Positions 1 to 11,875 are shown, counted from the first letter of the stretch. The stretch: 64,000 nt of DNA from an uncultured Microthrixaceae bacterium (GCA_963728005.1 CAVSIG010000005.1:57716-121715), one strand, 5' to 3'. The notes: a model not told the origin generated them from the sequence alone. Numbers and translations are program-made.

Positions 1-518
1 ACGCCTCGTCGCCGACGGCCAGCACCTCGTCGACCAGCAGGACGTCGGGGTCGGAGTGGACCACGAGGGAGAAGCCGAGGCGGAGGCCCATGCCCGCCGA
101 GTAGGCCGAGAGGGGCCAGTCGAGGGCCTCGTCGGGCAGGCCGCTGAACGCCACGATCTCCTCCGCCCGCTCGCGCACCTCGGCTCGTCCGAGCCCGAGC
201 AGCACCCCTCCGATCAGCAGGTTCTCGTGACCGGTGAGGTCGCGATGGAACCCGGCGGAGAGGTCGACCAGCGAGGCGACCCTCCCCTGGATGTCGACCT
301 CACCGGCGGTCGGCCGGATGACCCCGGCCAGCACCTGGAGCAGGGTGGTCTTGCCCGATCCGTTCGCCGCCGATGACCCCGAGCGACCGGCCCGGGGACA
401 CGGTCAGGTCGACGTCCTGCAGGGCCCAGGCGTCGGCGTGACGCCGGCGCCATCCGAGGCGGGTGCGGGTCCGGTAGGCGACCGAGAGGCCGTGGGTGGC
501 GACGGCGGTGGAGCTCAC
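1..518 (-). CDS. ABC transporter ATP-binding protein, polysaccharide/teichoic acid export (Wzt/TagH-like); runs off the window, frameshift near 370
   Basis: Minus-strand translation gives ALQDVDL...GVIG..GSGKTTLL, ASLVDLSAGFHRDLTGHEN, YSAGMGLRLGFS and LLVDEVLAVGD, typical of Wzt/TagH. The GTG start overlaps the GT2 stop. Confidence 0.85.
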
Positions 519-1558
519 CGACGCACGGGCGCCGCATCCTCGTAGCGGGTCGGCGCCCAGGCCAACACCTCCGGCTCGGGCGGCGACGGCGTCGAGCGGA
601 GCAGGCCCCGCAGCACGCCGGACCCATAGGCCGCGTGCAGGACGACGAGGAGGAGTGCGGCGAGCGGCAGGTCGCGGGCCCGGCGGAGGGTCCAGGCGAT
701 CCAGGCCGCCGAGATCGCCATCCCGACGGCGTAGAGCGCGAGTGGCAGCAGGACGGCAGGGTGCAGCACCACGGCGAGGACGGGCGCCAGCAGGGCGTAC
801 ACGATCGCCAACGAGGGCACCAGGTAGGCGGGCCGCAGCGTGGCGGGGACCTGTCGGGTGAGCTGGCCCCGGCCGTGGCCGTACTTGAACATCTGCCGGG
901 CGAAGCCGCGCAGCGTGGGGCGGCGGTCGTGGTACGCGACCAGGCGGGGGTCGTAGTACATGGCGACGCCGTCCCTGCTCATGTCGCTGAGCACGGCGTT
1001 CTCCTCGGCGCACACCAGGTCCGGGGCGAACGGAAGCATGGCGTCGCGGCGGATGGCGAGGTTGCAGAGGATGAAGAAGCGCTCGTCGGCCGGGCCCGCC
1101 GGGTGGGCGCCGTAGCGACGGCGGACCGGCCCCGAGCCGAGGATGGACGCCAGCGCCGCGCCCTGGACGACCTCGAAGCGACTGCTGCCCGGCGGGGTGT
1201 CGTTGGGGCCGCCGAACACGGCGGACTCCGGATGGGCGTCGGCCAGCTCGACGAGGAGGGCGAGGGCATGGGGCTCGAGGGTGACGTCGTCGTCGACGAA
1301 GAAGAGGAGGTCGCCTCGGGCTTCGCGGACCAGCAGGTTGCGCGCCGCGCCAGGCAGCGCCCGGTCCACCAGGCACACCCGGGCGTCGGGCAGGCGGCCG
1401 GTGACGGCGTCGGCCACCTCCCGGTCCCCGTCGGAGCAGACCAGGACCTCGTGGGGCGGCGCGTCGACCTGGGCCTCGATGCTGGCGAGGCACTCGTCGA
1501 GCAGCCGCAGGCGGCGGCCGGTCACGATGCAGATGGAGACCTTGGGCTCGCCGCGCAT
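515..1558 (-). CDS. Glycosyltransferase family 2 with C-terminal transmembrane helices
   Basis: VSICIVT, GAARN, FFVDDD (DxD), FILCNLA, EE and YGHGR motifs. Confidence 0.9.
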   Translation of the reverse strand: MRGEPKVSICIVTGRRLRLLDECLASIEAQVDAPPHEVLVCSDGDREVADAVTGRLPDARVCLVDRALPGAARNLLVREARGDLLFFVDDDVTLEPHALALLVELADAHPESAVFGGPNDTPPGSSRFEVVQGAALASILGSGPVRRRYGAHPAGPADERFFILCNLAIRRDAMLPFAPDLVCAEENAVLSDMSRDGVAMYYDPRLVAYHDRRPTLRGFARQMFKYGHGRGQLTRQVPATLRPAYLVPSLAIVYALLAPVLAVVLHPAVLLPLALYAVGMAISAAWIAWTLRRARDLPLAALLLVVLHAAYGSGVLRGLLRSTPSPPEPEVLAWAPTRYEDAAPVRR

Positions 1559-1651
1559 GGCGGACCATCATGCCCAATCCCGACGGGTGCGCGCCCAGCC
1601 GCCGCGGCCTAACCTGCCGCAGCCCGACGACGAAGGTGGAGGACGACGGCG

Positions 1652-3271
1652 GTGAGCACCTCGGCGATGGCCCGGCGGGGCGTTGGCGTGCTGCGGAGCC
1701 TGCGCGACCTGTCTCGCCACCCCGTTGGTCCCACCGAGGCCCGAGCGACGGTCGCCGACGAGGTGGCCCGCCGTGACGACCGGTTCCTGAGCGGCCTCGA
1801 CCGGGTGGTGTGGCCCTTCGCCTCCAGTCCCACCCGCCGCCTCCTGGACGCCGCCGGGCTCGAGCCCGGGGACGTGAAGGCCCTCGTCGCCGACCACGGC
1901 CTCGTCGGCGCGCTCGAGCAGCTGCGCGACCTCGGGGTGTACGTGACCTACGAGGAGCACCAGGGCGAGGTCGACGTGGTGCGCGGGAGCACGTGCTTCC
2001 GGGTCGGGCCGCGGGACTTCTTCAACCCCGTGGTGGAGGCGGACTACCTGGCGACGACGGGCGGGTCCCGCAGCGCCGGGACCCCGGTCGAGGTCTCCTT
2101 CGCCTGGCAGCGCCGTCAGGGCATGCAGCGGGCGATCCAGCACGCCATGACCGGGCTCGGCGCCCGGCCCCTCGCCATCTGGCTCCCCCTGTTCCCCTCT
2201 GCCGCCGGATTCGGGGCGGTCATGAAGAACGCCGCCGGGGGCAACACCCCCGCCCGGTGGTTCTCCCAGACCGACGCGGGCCTCACGGGGGTGTCCAGTC
2301 ACAAGCGCCTGGCCAACCGGATGCTGCCGGCGGCCCTGCGCTTCGGTCGCACCGGCCTGCCGCGGCCCGAGCACGTGCCCACCGCGACCCCCGAACCAGT
2401 CGTGGCGTGGCTGCGGGCGATGGTCGACCGCCATGGCGCCGCCGGGATCACCGGCTACGCCAGCTCCATCACCGCGGCGGCCCGCTGGGCGCTGGACCAC
2501 GGCGTCGACCTCACGGGGGTGGTCACCTACCCCAGCAGCGAGCCGGTGACGCCGGGCAAGCTCGCCGTCATGCGGGCGGCGGGGATGACCCCGAACCCGA
2601 CCTACGCCTTCATGCCCGAGGGCACGATGGCCATCGCCTGCGACCGGTGCGAGGACGAGGAGTACCACCTGTGGTACCACGAGGTCGCGGTGGTGACCCG
2701 ACGCCGGTCCCGGGGCGACGGGACGGAGGTGGACGCCTTCTGCTGGACGAGCCTGGCCGAGGAGGCTCCCCGGGTGCTGGTCAACGTGGAGAACGACGAC
2801 TACGGGGTCCTCGAGCACGATCGGGACTGCACCTGTCCGCTGGCCGAACTGGGCCTGCGCACCCGGGTGCGCGACATCCGGGGGATCTCCAAGGTCGTGG
2901 CCGCGGGGGTCAGCCTCGAGGGCGGGACCTTCGACCACCTGGCCGAGACGGCGCTGCCGGCCCGCCTCGGTGGGAGGGCGGGCGACTACCAGTTCGTCGA
3001 GGAGGCCGAGGACGGCCACACCGTCGTCGTACTGCGCATTGCGCCGAGCGTCGGGACCGTCGACGAGGCGGAGGCCCTCGCCCTCGTCAGGGAGGTCGTG
3101 ACCCGCGATGAGTATGGTGTCCTCGCCCATTCGGTCTGGGGCCCGGAGACACTTCGTGTGCAGCGGCGGCCGCCCCACGTGACCAAGGCGGGCAAGACCC
3201 TTTCCTACGAACGAGCGGGATCTGGCGTGCCCGGACCCCCCACCACCACCAACGGGAGCAGCAACACGTGA
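1652..3271 (+). CDS. Uncharacterised adenylate-forming-like protein (distant PaaK/LuxE/GH3-like)
   Basis: 539-aa ORF with host-like codon use. It has a P-loop-like TTGGSRSAGTP, SSEPV, YAFMPEG and a C-terminal VENDDYG...IRGISKV resembling ANL motifs. Confidence 0.55.
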   Translation: MSTSAMARRGVGVLRSLRDLSRHPVGPTEARATVADEVARRDDRFLSGLDRVVWPFASSPTRRLLDAAGLEPGDVKALVADHGLVGALEQLRDLGVYVTYEEHQGEVDVVRGSTCFRVGPRDFFNPVVEADYLATTGGSRSAGTPVEVSFAWQRRQGMQRAIQHAMTGLGARPLAIWLPLFPSAAGFGAVMKNAAGGNTPARWFSQTDAGLTGVSSHKRLANRMLPAALRFGRTGLPRPEHVPTATPEPVVAWLRAMVDRHGAAGITGYASSITAAARWALDHGVDLTGVVTYPSSEPVTPGKLAVMRAAGMTPNPTYAFMPEGTMAIACDRCEDEEYHLWYHEVAVVTRRRSRGDGTEVDAFCWTSLAEEAPRVLVNVENDDYGVLEHDRDCTCPLAELGLRTRVRDIRGISKVVAAGVSLEGGTFDHLAETALPARLGGRAGDYQFVEEAEDGHTVVVLRIAPSVGTVDEAEALALVREVVTRDEYGVLAHSVWGPETLRVQRRPPHVTKAGKTLSYERAGSGVPGPPTTTNGSSNT

Positions 3272-4332
3272 ACGACCTGGACCGGCGACGGTTCCTCAAG
3301 ACCTCTTTGGCCACGACCTTCGCGCTCGGCGCGTCGGGCCTCTTCGTCGCCTGCGGCGACGACGGGGACGAGGGCTCGGGCGGGAGCAACGGCGGTGGTG
3401 GGGACCTGACCCCGCTGACCGTGATGATGCCCTTCCCCATCATCCTCAACTTCATCGCCGACTGCGCCGGGGTGTCGGGCGGCTACTTCGAGGACGTCGG
3501 CCTGGACGTGGACCTCCAGTTCGCCCGGACCTCATCGCAGGCCATCCAGCAGATGGCCGGGGGCAACGCCGACGTCATCCGGACGGCTCCCATCGCCATC
3601 GCCGGCGCCGTGGCCAACGAGGGCGCCCCGTTCATCTCCGTCGGCATGCCCGTCCAGGAGATCGTCTACGTGCTGGTCTCGTCTCCCGACGAGCCCTACG
3701 AGACCCTGGAGTCCCTCGAGGGTCACACCGTGGGCCTGCCCCAGCTCGGCAGCAACGCCGAGGACAGCCTTGACCTCGTGCTCCGCTCAGCGGGCGTGGA
3801 CCCCGAGTCGGTCGAGCGCGAGGCCGTCGGCGTGGAGTCCACGGCCTACGCGTTGGTCGAGGAGGGTCGCGTGGACGCCATCTTCGCCACCAAGGAGGCC
3901 GCCCGGGCGATGGAGCTGGCCGGCATGGAGCCGGTGGTCGCCGACATCAGCGAGGGCAACCCTCTGCTGGGCGTGGCCCTGGCCACGACCACCCAGACCC
4001 TCGACGAGAAGGCCGACCCGCTCACCCGCTACCTCGAGGGCCTGGCGGCGTCGATGCGAGCCGTCAGCGACCCCGACACGTTCCTGGAGCTGGCCCCGGC
4101 CATGCGCGAGGACTGGGATCTGCCACAGCTGGAGGATCCGGAGGCGGTGCTGCCGATCGTCGAGACGATCTCCGGCATGTGGTTCAGCGAAGGCGACGAG
4201 AACCTGCTGCGCAACATCCCGGAGGAGTGGGAGGCCGGCATCGCCAACTTCGCCGAGCTGTCGATCGTGCCCGAGGGCACCGACCCCACGACCCTCTACA
4301 CCAACGACCTGTGGGAGGAGGCGCTCGGCTGA
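3268..4332 (+). CDS. ABC transporter substrate-binding lipoprotein, SsuA/THI5(NMT1)-like, Tat-exported
   Basis: DRRRFLK Tat motif, lipobox FVAC, GYFEDVGLDV and LEGHTVG; GTGA overlap with the upstream gene. Confidence 0.85.
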   Translation: MNDLDRRRFLKTSLATTFALGASGLFVACGDDGDEGSGGSNGGGGDLTPLTVMMPFPIILNFIADCAGVSGGYFEDVGLDVDLQFARTSSQAIQQMAGGNADVIRTAPIAIAGAVANEGAPFISVGMPVQEIVYVLVSSPDEPYETLESLEGHTVGLPQLGSNAEDSLDLVLRSAGVDPESVEREAVGVESTAYALVEEGRVDAIFATKEAARAMELAGMEPVVADISEGNPLLGVALATTTQTLDEKADPLTRYLEGLAASMRAVSDPDTFLELAPAMREDWDLPQLEDPEAVLPIVETISGMWFSEGDENLLRNIPEEWEAGIANFAELSIVPEGTDPTTLYTNDLWEEALG

Positions 4333-4344
4333 CGCCGGGCCTCC

Positions 4345-5124
4345 ATGCCCCGCATCGTCGTCCAGGATCTCGACAAGCACTTCGGCGAGGGCGCGTCCGA
4401 AGTCCGGGCGCTGCGGGGGATCGACCTCACCGTCGAGGACGGTGAGGTCGTCGCCGTCGTCGGGCCCTCGGGCTGCGGCAAGACCACCCTCCTGCGCGCG
4501 ATCGCGGGCCTGACGCCGCCGACCGCCGGCGAGGCGCGCATCGGCGAGCGGGCCGTGTGGGACGGCGACCGCGTCGACCCGGCCGCGGTGGCCGGCCTGG
4601 CCGTGGTCTTCCAGGAGGCTCACCTGCTGCCCTGGCTCTCGGTCGTCGAGAACGTGGCCCTGCCCCTGCGCCTGCGGGGCGAGGGGCGCGAGGTGCGCCG
4701 GGCCCGGGCCCTCGAGATGCTGGCGCTGGTCGAGGTCGACGGGTTCGGCGACCACCGGCCCAGCGAGCTCTCGGTGGGGATGGCCCAGCGGGCGGCGATC
4801 GCCCGGGCGCTCATCGCCGAGCCGGATGTGCTCCTGCTCGACGAGCCGTTCGGCGCCCTGGACGCCATCACCCGCGACACCATGAACCTCGAGCTCCAGC
4901 GGGTCTGGCTGCGCCACCCCGCGACGTCGGTGCTGGTCACCCATTCGATCTCCGAGGCCGTGTTCCTGGCCGACCGGGTCGTGTGCCTGACCGGCCGGCC
5001 GGGGCGGGTGGCCGGGAACACGGCGGTGCCGTTCCCCCGCCCGCGGCCGATCGACCTCCAACACACGGCGCCGTTCCAGGACCTGGTCCGCACGGTGCGC
5101 CACCACCTGGCCGAGGCCGCCTGA
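4345..5124 (+). CDS. ABC transporter ATP-binding protein (SsuB/TauB/NrtD-like)
   Basis: GPSGCGKT, LSVGM, LLLDEPFGALD, VTHSISEAVFLADRV. Confidence 0.92.
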   Translation: MPRIVVQDLDKHFGEGASEVRALRGIDLTVEDGEVVAVVGPSGCGKTTLLRAIAGLTPPTAGEARIGERAVWDGDRVDPAAVAGLAVVFQEAHLLPWLSVVENVALPLRLRGEGREVRRARALEMLALVEVDGFGDHRPSELSVGMAQRAAIARALIAEPDVLLLDEPFGALDAITRDTMNLELQRVWLRHPATSVLVTHSISEAVFLADRVVCLTGRPGRVAGNTAVPFPRPRPIDLQHTAPFQDLVRTVRHHLAEAA

Positions 5125-5125
5125 C

Positions 5126-5902
5126 GTGCGGACCCGGCTGTTCTCGTTGGGCCTGTCGCTGCTCGTCCTCGTGGCCCTCCTGGTGGCGTGGAAGGCCTAC
5201 GTCGAGATCAACGACGTCTCCCGCTTCGTCCTGCCCCCTCCCGAGGACGTCGGCCAGGGGGTCCTGGAGGTGCTCGGGGACGAGGCCACCTGGCACCACC
5301 TGTGGGTCACGGTCCAGGAGATCCTGATCGGGTTCGCGCTGGCGACCGTCTTCGGGCTCCTCACCGGGGCGCTCCTGGGTGAGTTCCCCGTCGTCGACCG
5401 GGCGCTGACCCCGTTCCTGGTGTTCCTCCAGGTCCTGCCCAAGGTCGCCGTCGTCCCCCTCCTGATCGTCTGGTTGGGCTTCGGGCTGTCGGCCAAGGTC
5501 GTGATCGCGTCCGTGTTCGCCTTCTTCCCCATCACGGTCGGCGCCCGGTCCGGCCTGCGATCGGTCGATCCCGGCCACCGGGACCTGGCCAGCACCCTCC
5601 AGGCGACGCGCCGCCAGCGGTTCTGGCTCATCGAGTGCCCGAGCGCGCTGCCCTCCGTCCTCACCGGCATGGAGGTGGGCATCGTGCTGGCCACCATCGG
5701 CGCAGTCGTGGCCGAGTTCCTCGCCGGCAGCGAGGGCCTGGGCTGGCTCTCGGTCTCGTACCTGAACCAGCTCCAGGTCGACCTGTTGTTCGGGGTGATC
5801 GTCCTGCTGTCGGTGCTCGGCTTCGTCCTCTACGCCCTCGTGGCCGGGATCCGGCGCCTGGTTGTGCCGTGGCACCCTTCTGCTGGGCTGCCTGGCGCCT
5901 GA
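5126..5902 (+). CDS. ABC transporter permease (SsuC/TauC-like)
   Basis: LPPP, PKVAVVPLLIVWLG, VVAEF motifs; multiple TM segments. Confidence 0.92.
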   Translation: MRTRLFSLGLSLLVLVALLVAWKAYVEINDVSRFVLPPPEDVGQGVLEVLGDEATWHHLWVTVQEILIGFALATVFGLLTGALLGEFPVVDRALTPFLVFLQVLPKVAVVPLLIVWLGFGLSAKVVIASVFAFFPITVGARSGLRSVDPGHRDLASTLQATRRQRFWLIECPSALPSVLTGMEVGIVLATIGAVVAEFLAGSEGLGWLSVSYLNQLQVDLLFGVIVLLSVLGFVLYALVAGIRRLVVPWHPSAGLPGA

Positions 5903-7342
5903 TCAGAGCCCGGCGGCGATCTCCGGGTTCCTGCGGCGCAGGGCCCGGAGGGAGAGCAGGGCACGGACCCGTTCGGATGGCTCGCCCCGCACCGATGTTG
6001 CGGCGAGGTAGGCCTCCCGCCAGCCGACGACGTCGCGCTCGACCTCGTCGTGGACCAGTTGGGCGGGCCACCCGGCCGACGGCGGCACGATGGCCTCCTC
6101 GCCGAGGGTGACGGCGTAGGCGAGCGCATGGGGTGTCAGGCCGTCACCGGCTTGCAACGTCGTGCCGAAGGCCTCCCAACGGGCGGCCAGCACCTCGCCC
6201 TCCTCCGTGCGTCGGGCGAAGGCCGTGGCGCTGGCGAGGACGAGGGCACCGGCGGCGGTGGTCGCCAGCCATCCCGGAGAGCCGTGTGCCGTCCCGACCA
6301 CGCCGGCCACCAGGAGCGCCAGGCCGCCGGCGGCCACGGCGAGGACGGCGGGGGAGGCCACGTCGCGTTCCACCAGGTCGTCAGCCCGACCCCGGGCCTC
6401 GACACCGGCGACGAACGCGGACCAGAGGTCGGCCCACCGGTCCGGGTCGGCGGTGATCGTGGTCCGCTGGGCGACGAGGTCCACCTCCCGGGCGGCCACC
6501 TCGCCGGCGAAGAGCCAGTCGAGGACGAGGGTCTCGTGGGGATCCAGGCCGTCGGCGGGCCGGCCTCGGCCGAGGACCAACGCGCCGTCGCGTCGGTAGG
6601 GGAGGAGGAAGCCGCGGGCGGTCAGGTCGACGAGCGTGGCCGCCAGGTCGGCCACGGTCACCCGGCCGTGACGCAGGAGCCAGCCGACCACCGCGGGCGG
6701 GTGGGTCGAGGGGAGCTCGTCGCCGGGCGCCAACTCCGCCGGCTCCCGTCGGGACCGGCGGAGGCTGACGACCCAGGCCAGCGCGGCCAGCACGCCGACG
6801 GCGAGGCCGATCGCGTTCCACGGCACCGAGGTGTCCTCGTCGTCTTCACTGGGCACGAGCGACTCGTTCGCCTGACGCTGGGCGTCGACCACGACGTCGC
6901 CGTCTCGCACCTGGGCCGTGGCATCGGCGTTCACGGTCCCGAGGTCGACCGGGTCGTCGTCGGTGACGAGGTAGCGGATCACGACCGGCGACTCGGCGTC
7001 GGCGCCGATGGCCACGGTCAGGCCGTCGTCGCCTCGCGGCAGCTCCAGCACCTCGTCCGGGTCGTGGGCGACGACCTCGAGCAGGCGGGCGGGCCCGTCG
7101 ATGCGCCGCACCAGCTCCTCCTCGCCCAGCCGGTCCGGGTCGAAGGCGAGCTCCTCCTCGACGTCGAGGTCGCCCTCCTCGCCCTGAGCGATGCTGGCCA
7201 CGATCTGCAGGTCGGCCTCCACGCCGTCGTGGCGGGCGTGGGACCACCACAGGCCGGTGACCGCGCCGCCGAGGCCGAGGGCGGCGACGAGCAGGGCCCG
7301 GGTGGCGAGGGTCCGGCGTCGGCGCCGGTCGGCGCCGGTCAA
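5903..7342 (-). CDS. DUF2207-like membrane protein
   Basis: PPAVVGWLL, ATLVDLTARGFL, RRTEEG..WEAF and AYAVTLG match the DUF2207 C-terminus. Probable TTG start overlapping the ClC stop. Confidence 0.65.
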   Translation of the reverse strand: MTGADRRRRRTLATRALLVAALGLGGAVTGLWWSHARHDGVEADLQIVASIAQGEEGDLDVEEELAFDPDRLGEEELVRRIDGPARLLEVVAHDPDEVLELPRGDDGLTVAIGADAESPVVIRYLVTDDDPVDLGTVNADATAQVRDGDVVVDAQRQANESLVPSEDDEDTSVPWNAIGLAVGVLAALAWVVSLRRSRREPAELAPGDELPSTHPPAVVGWLLRHGRVTVADLAATLVDLTARGFLLPYRRDGALVLGRGRPADGLDPHETLVLDWLFAGEVAAREVDLVAQRTTITADPDRWADLWSAFVAGVEARGRADDLVERDVASPAVLAVAAGGLALLVAGVVGTAHGSPGWLATTAAGALVLASATAFARRTEEGEVLAARWEAFGTTLQAGDGLTPHALAYAVTLGEEAIVPPSAGWPAQLVHDEVERDVVGWREAYLAATSVRGEPSERVRALLSLRALRRRNPEIAAGL

Positions 7343-8580
7343 TGCTCGCCCTCCCGGGTGCGCTGGGTGTCGATCATCCCGACCCGGCTGGTGAGCAGCA
7401 GCGCCACGAGGGCGGCGATGAGCGTGCTGGGCAGCGTCGTCAGGCCGGCCATCTCGGCCACGATCAGCGTCGAGCCCAGCGGGGTCTTCGTCACGCCGAC
7501 GTTGGTGGCGACCATGACCGCCGCCATGACGATCCCACGGTCCAGGTCGAAGCCGTCGGCCAGCGCGGCGCCGAAGCAGGCGCCGACGAAGAACAGCGGG
7601 ATGATGAAGCCGCCGCGCCATCCGGCGGTGACGATCAAGGCGGAGGCGAGGAGCTTGGCGAGGCCGGCGCTGATCAGCGCCGCGATAGTGAGGTCGGCGG
7701 CGCTGATCACGGCGATCTGCTCCTCGCCGAAGGTCAGGGCGTAGGGCGACGCGAAGGCGAGGCCGCCCAGCGCCAGGCCGCCGAGGATGGGACGGACGGC
7801 GAGCGGCACCCGTCGCCACACGGCGCGCAGGACCTGGGTGCCGTAGGTGAACGCGGCGGCCAGCACGGCGCCGACGACACCGAGGCCGACAGCGAGCACG
7901 AGGTGCCCGGCCTCCAGCGGGCCCGGTTGGGGGAGGTGGAGCGCCGGGTCGAGGCCGACTTCGGTGACGGCGATGTAGACGCCGTAACCGGAGAGGGCGC
8001 CGACCAGGGCGGGCAGGAGGGCTTCGTAGTACTCGAGGCCCCGGCGATGGAGGATCTCCAGGGCGAAGATGGCCGAGCCCAGCGGGACGCCGAGCAGGAC
8101 CGTGAAGCCCGCCGCCATGCCGCTGATGGTGAGGAGGCGCAGCTGGTCCTCGCCGAGGCGCAGGCGCAGCCCGACCCAGCTGCCGATCGAGCCCGTTGTC
8201 TGGACCAGCGGAGCCTCGGGGCCGATGGCGCTGCCCGCGGCGATGCCGAGCAGTGAGACCGGCACCAGGCTGCGGAGGTCGCGGATGTCCGAGCGACCGC
8301 CGCTCACGTGGATGTTGTTGACCAGCAGCTCGACGTCGCCGGGGTTGCCGAGCACCAGGGTGATCAGGGCGATGGCGGCGCCCGCCACGCCCAGCACGAT
8401 CAGCGTCCCGACGTCGGACCAGTGCTCCGGGCCGAGGACCGAGGCCAGCGCGCGGAGGGCGGCGACGAAGGTGGCGGCGACCAGCCCTGACGCCGTGCCG
8501 ACCAGGGCCACCAGCAGCAGCAGCGGCCAGCGCACGCCGGCCGTGACCCGCCCGGCGAAGCCGGGGACGATGGCGGTCAC
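7339..8580 (-). CDS. Chloride channel (ClC) family protein
   Basis: GPEAP, GMAAGF...PLGSAIFALE and GWRGGFIIPLF motifs. Confidence 0.88.
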   Translation of the reverse strand: MTAIVPGFAGRVTAGVRWPLLLLVALVGTASGLVAATFVAALRALASVLGPEHWSDVGTLIVLGVAGAAIALITLVLGNPGDVELLVNNIHVSGGRSDIRDLRSLVPVSLLGIAAGSAIGPEAPLVQTTGSIGSWVGLRLRLGEDQLRLLTISGMAAGFTVLLGVPLGSAIFALEILHRRGLEYYEALLPALVGALSGYGVYIAVTEVGLDPALHLPQPGPLEAGHLVLAVGLGVVGAVLAAAFTYGTQVLRAVWRRVPLAVRPILGGLALGGLAFASPYALTFGEEQIAVISAADLTIAALISAGLAKLLASALIVTAGWRGGFIIPLFFVGACFGAALADGFDLDRGIVMAAVMVATNVGVTKTPLGSTLIVAEMAGLTTLPSTLIAALVALLLTSRVGMIDTQRTREGEH

Positions 8581-8584
8581 GTCG

Positions 8585-9653
8585 TCAGCCGAAGATCTGC
8601 TCGAGCTCCGCAGGCGTGCTGATGGTGAACTGCTCGAACGTGCACTCGGCCGGAGTCTTGTCCGGGCGCCAGCGCACCAGGTGGGAGGTGTGGCGGAACC
8701 GGCCCGACTGCAACCCGTCGTAGGTCACCTCGCCCACCAGCTCCAGGCGCAGTGGGTGCCAGGACTGGTCCTTCGACCCGGTCCAGCGGTTCTGGACGCC
8801 GGGCTTGCGGCCGCCCTCCTCGTGGGCGGCCATGTCGGCCCACTCGCGCCACGGGTGGTCGTCCAGGGCGTCCTTCTCGTAGGGGGCCAGCTCGTCGATC
8901 AGCTCCTTGCGGCGGGCGGCCGAGAACGAGGCGGCCACGCCGAGGTGGTGGAGCTCGCCCTCGTCGTCGTAGACGCCCATGAGCAGCGACCCGATGCCCT
9001 CGCCGTCCTTGTGGGTGCGGTAGCCGGCCACCACGCAGTCGGCGGTGCGCTTGTGCTTGACCTTCAGCTGGGCCCGCTTGTTCTCCTGGTAGGTGCCCTC
9101 GGGGTCCTTGGCCATGACCCCGTCGAAACCGGCGCCCTCGAAGCGGTCGAACCAGTCCTCGGCCAGCTCCCGGTCCTCGGTCTGCGGCGTCAGGTGGACC
9201 GGCGGCTTCGCCTTCCCCAGCAGCTTCTCGAGGCGCTTGCGTCGCTCGCCGGAAGGGCAGCTCGCGGAGGTCCTCGTCACCCACGGCCAGCAGGTCGAAG
9301 GCCACGAAGCTGGCCGGCGTGTGCTCGGCCAGCATGTTCACCCGGGACTCGGCCGGGTGGATGCGCTGCTGGAGGGCCTCGAAGTCGAGCTTCGTCCCGA
9401 CGGCGACGACGACCTCGCCGTCGACCACGCACCTGTCGGGGAGCGCGTTGCGCAGGAGGGGCGGGAGCTCGGGGAAGTAGCGGGTCAGCGGGCGGTCGTT
9501 TCGGCTGCCGAGCTCCACCTCGTCGCCGTCGCGGAACACGATGCAGCGGAAGCCGTCCCACTTCGGCTCGAAGAGCAGGGCGCCCGCCGGCGGCATCTCG
9601 TGCACCGCCTTCGCCAGCATCGGGCGGACCGGTGGCATCACGGGCAGATCCAT
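8585..9653 (-). CDS. ligC: ATP-dependent DNA ligase, LigC type (frameshift near 9250)
   Basis: MDLPVMPPVRPMLAK, EPKWDGFR (motif I), DGVMAK, KVKHKRTADCVV and RWRPDK spread over two frames. Confidence 0.9.
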
Positions 9654-9690
9654 GTGAGCTGAGACTAGGGAAGTCGCTACGGTCCGCGGG

Positions 9691-11111
<1,421 letters not shown>

Positions 11112-11115
<4 letters not shown>

Positions 11116-11855
11116 TCCGGGCGGTGACCTTCGACTACTGGAACACGCTCATCGCCACCCCCGGTGATGACTTCGTCCGGACGCGGGCGGACCACTGGGT
11201 GCGGGTGTTGGCCGCCGCCGGCCACGAGGTGACGACCGATCGGGTGGGCGAGGCGTTCGCGTCGTCGTGGGCCAGCTTCCAGGAGGCCTGGAAGGCCAAC
11301 CGGCAGTACCAGACGCCGGAGGCCGTCGCCCATGTGCTCGAGCTCCTCGACCTCGCCGGCGAGGAGGAGCTGGCCGAGGTCCTGGTGCAGGACTACGAGG
11401 CCGGCAAGGTCGAGGCCGACCTGGAGCCGACGCCCCACATCGGCGCGGCGCTGGAGGCGCTCAAGGCCGCCGGGGTCAAGGTCGGGATCATCTGCGATGT
11501 CGGCATGACGCCGTCGGTGGCGCTCCGGTCGAAGCTCGAGCAGTTCGGTCTCCTGGGTCACTTCGACCACCACTCGTTCTCCGACGACGTGGGGATCTAC
11601 AAGCCCGACCCCGCGATCTTCGCCCACGCCCTCGACGGCCTGGGCACCTCGCCCGAGGAGACCGCCCACGTCGGCGACCTCCGCCGCACCGACGTCGCCG
11701 GGGCCCGGGCCGTCGGCTGGACGAGCGTCCGCTACGCGGGGGTCTTCGACGACACCGGCGAGCGCGACGGGGTCGAGGACGTGGAGGCCGACCACGTCAT
11801 CTTCGACCATGCCGAGCTGGCGAGGGTGCTTGATGTCGTCACACCCCTCGGGTAG
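11112..11855 (+). CDS. HAD family hydrolase
   Basis: AVTFDYWNTL (motif I variant), KPDPAIF, HVGDLRRTDVAGA; TTG start overlapping the upstream stop. Confidence 0.88.
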
Positions 11856-11875
11856 GCTCACGAACACCAGTTCGT
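11830..11875 (+). promoter_or_regulatory. Promoter with LexA (SOS) box upstream of the DUF222/HNH gene
   Basis: TTGATG-N17-TAGGCT (11830-11858) followed by ACGAAC-ACCA-GTTCGT (11860-11875), matching the actinobacterial CGAAC-N4-GTTCG LexA box. Confidence 0.75.

Noticed and set aside
1568-3178. Long antisense or alternative-frame ORFs (this one, 10053-11867, 27971-30208, 46271-48646, 48529-50925)
   Set aside because: Shadow ORFs expected at high GC; they overlap well-supported genes and lack family motifs
7321-7340. Tandem GGCGCCGGTC x2
   Set aside because: Only two copies in GC-rich coding sequence; likely chance or a local duplication
7339-8580. Fluoride-specific CLC-F with a riboswitch
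   Set aside because: It has GPEAP rather than the GNNLI/GREGT motifs, and there is no intergenic room for a riboswitch
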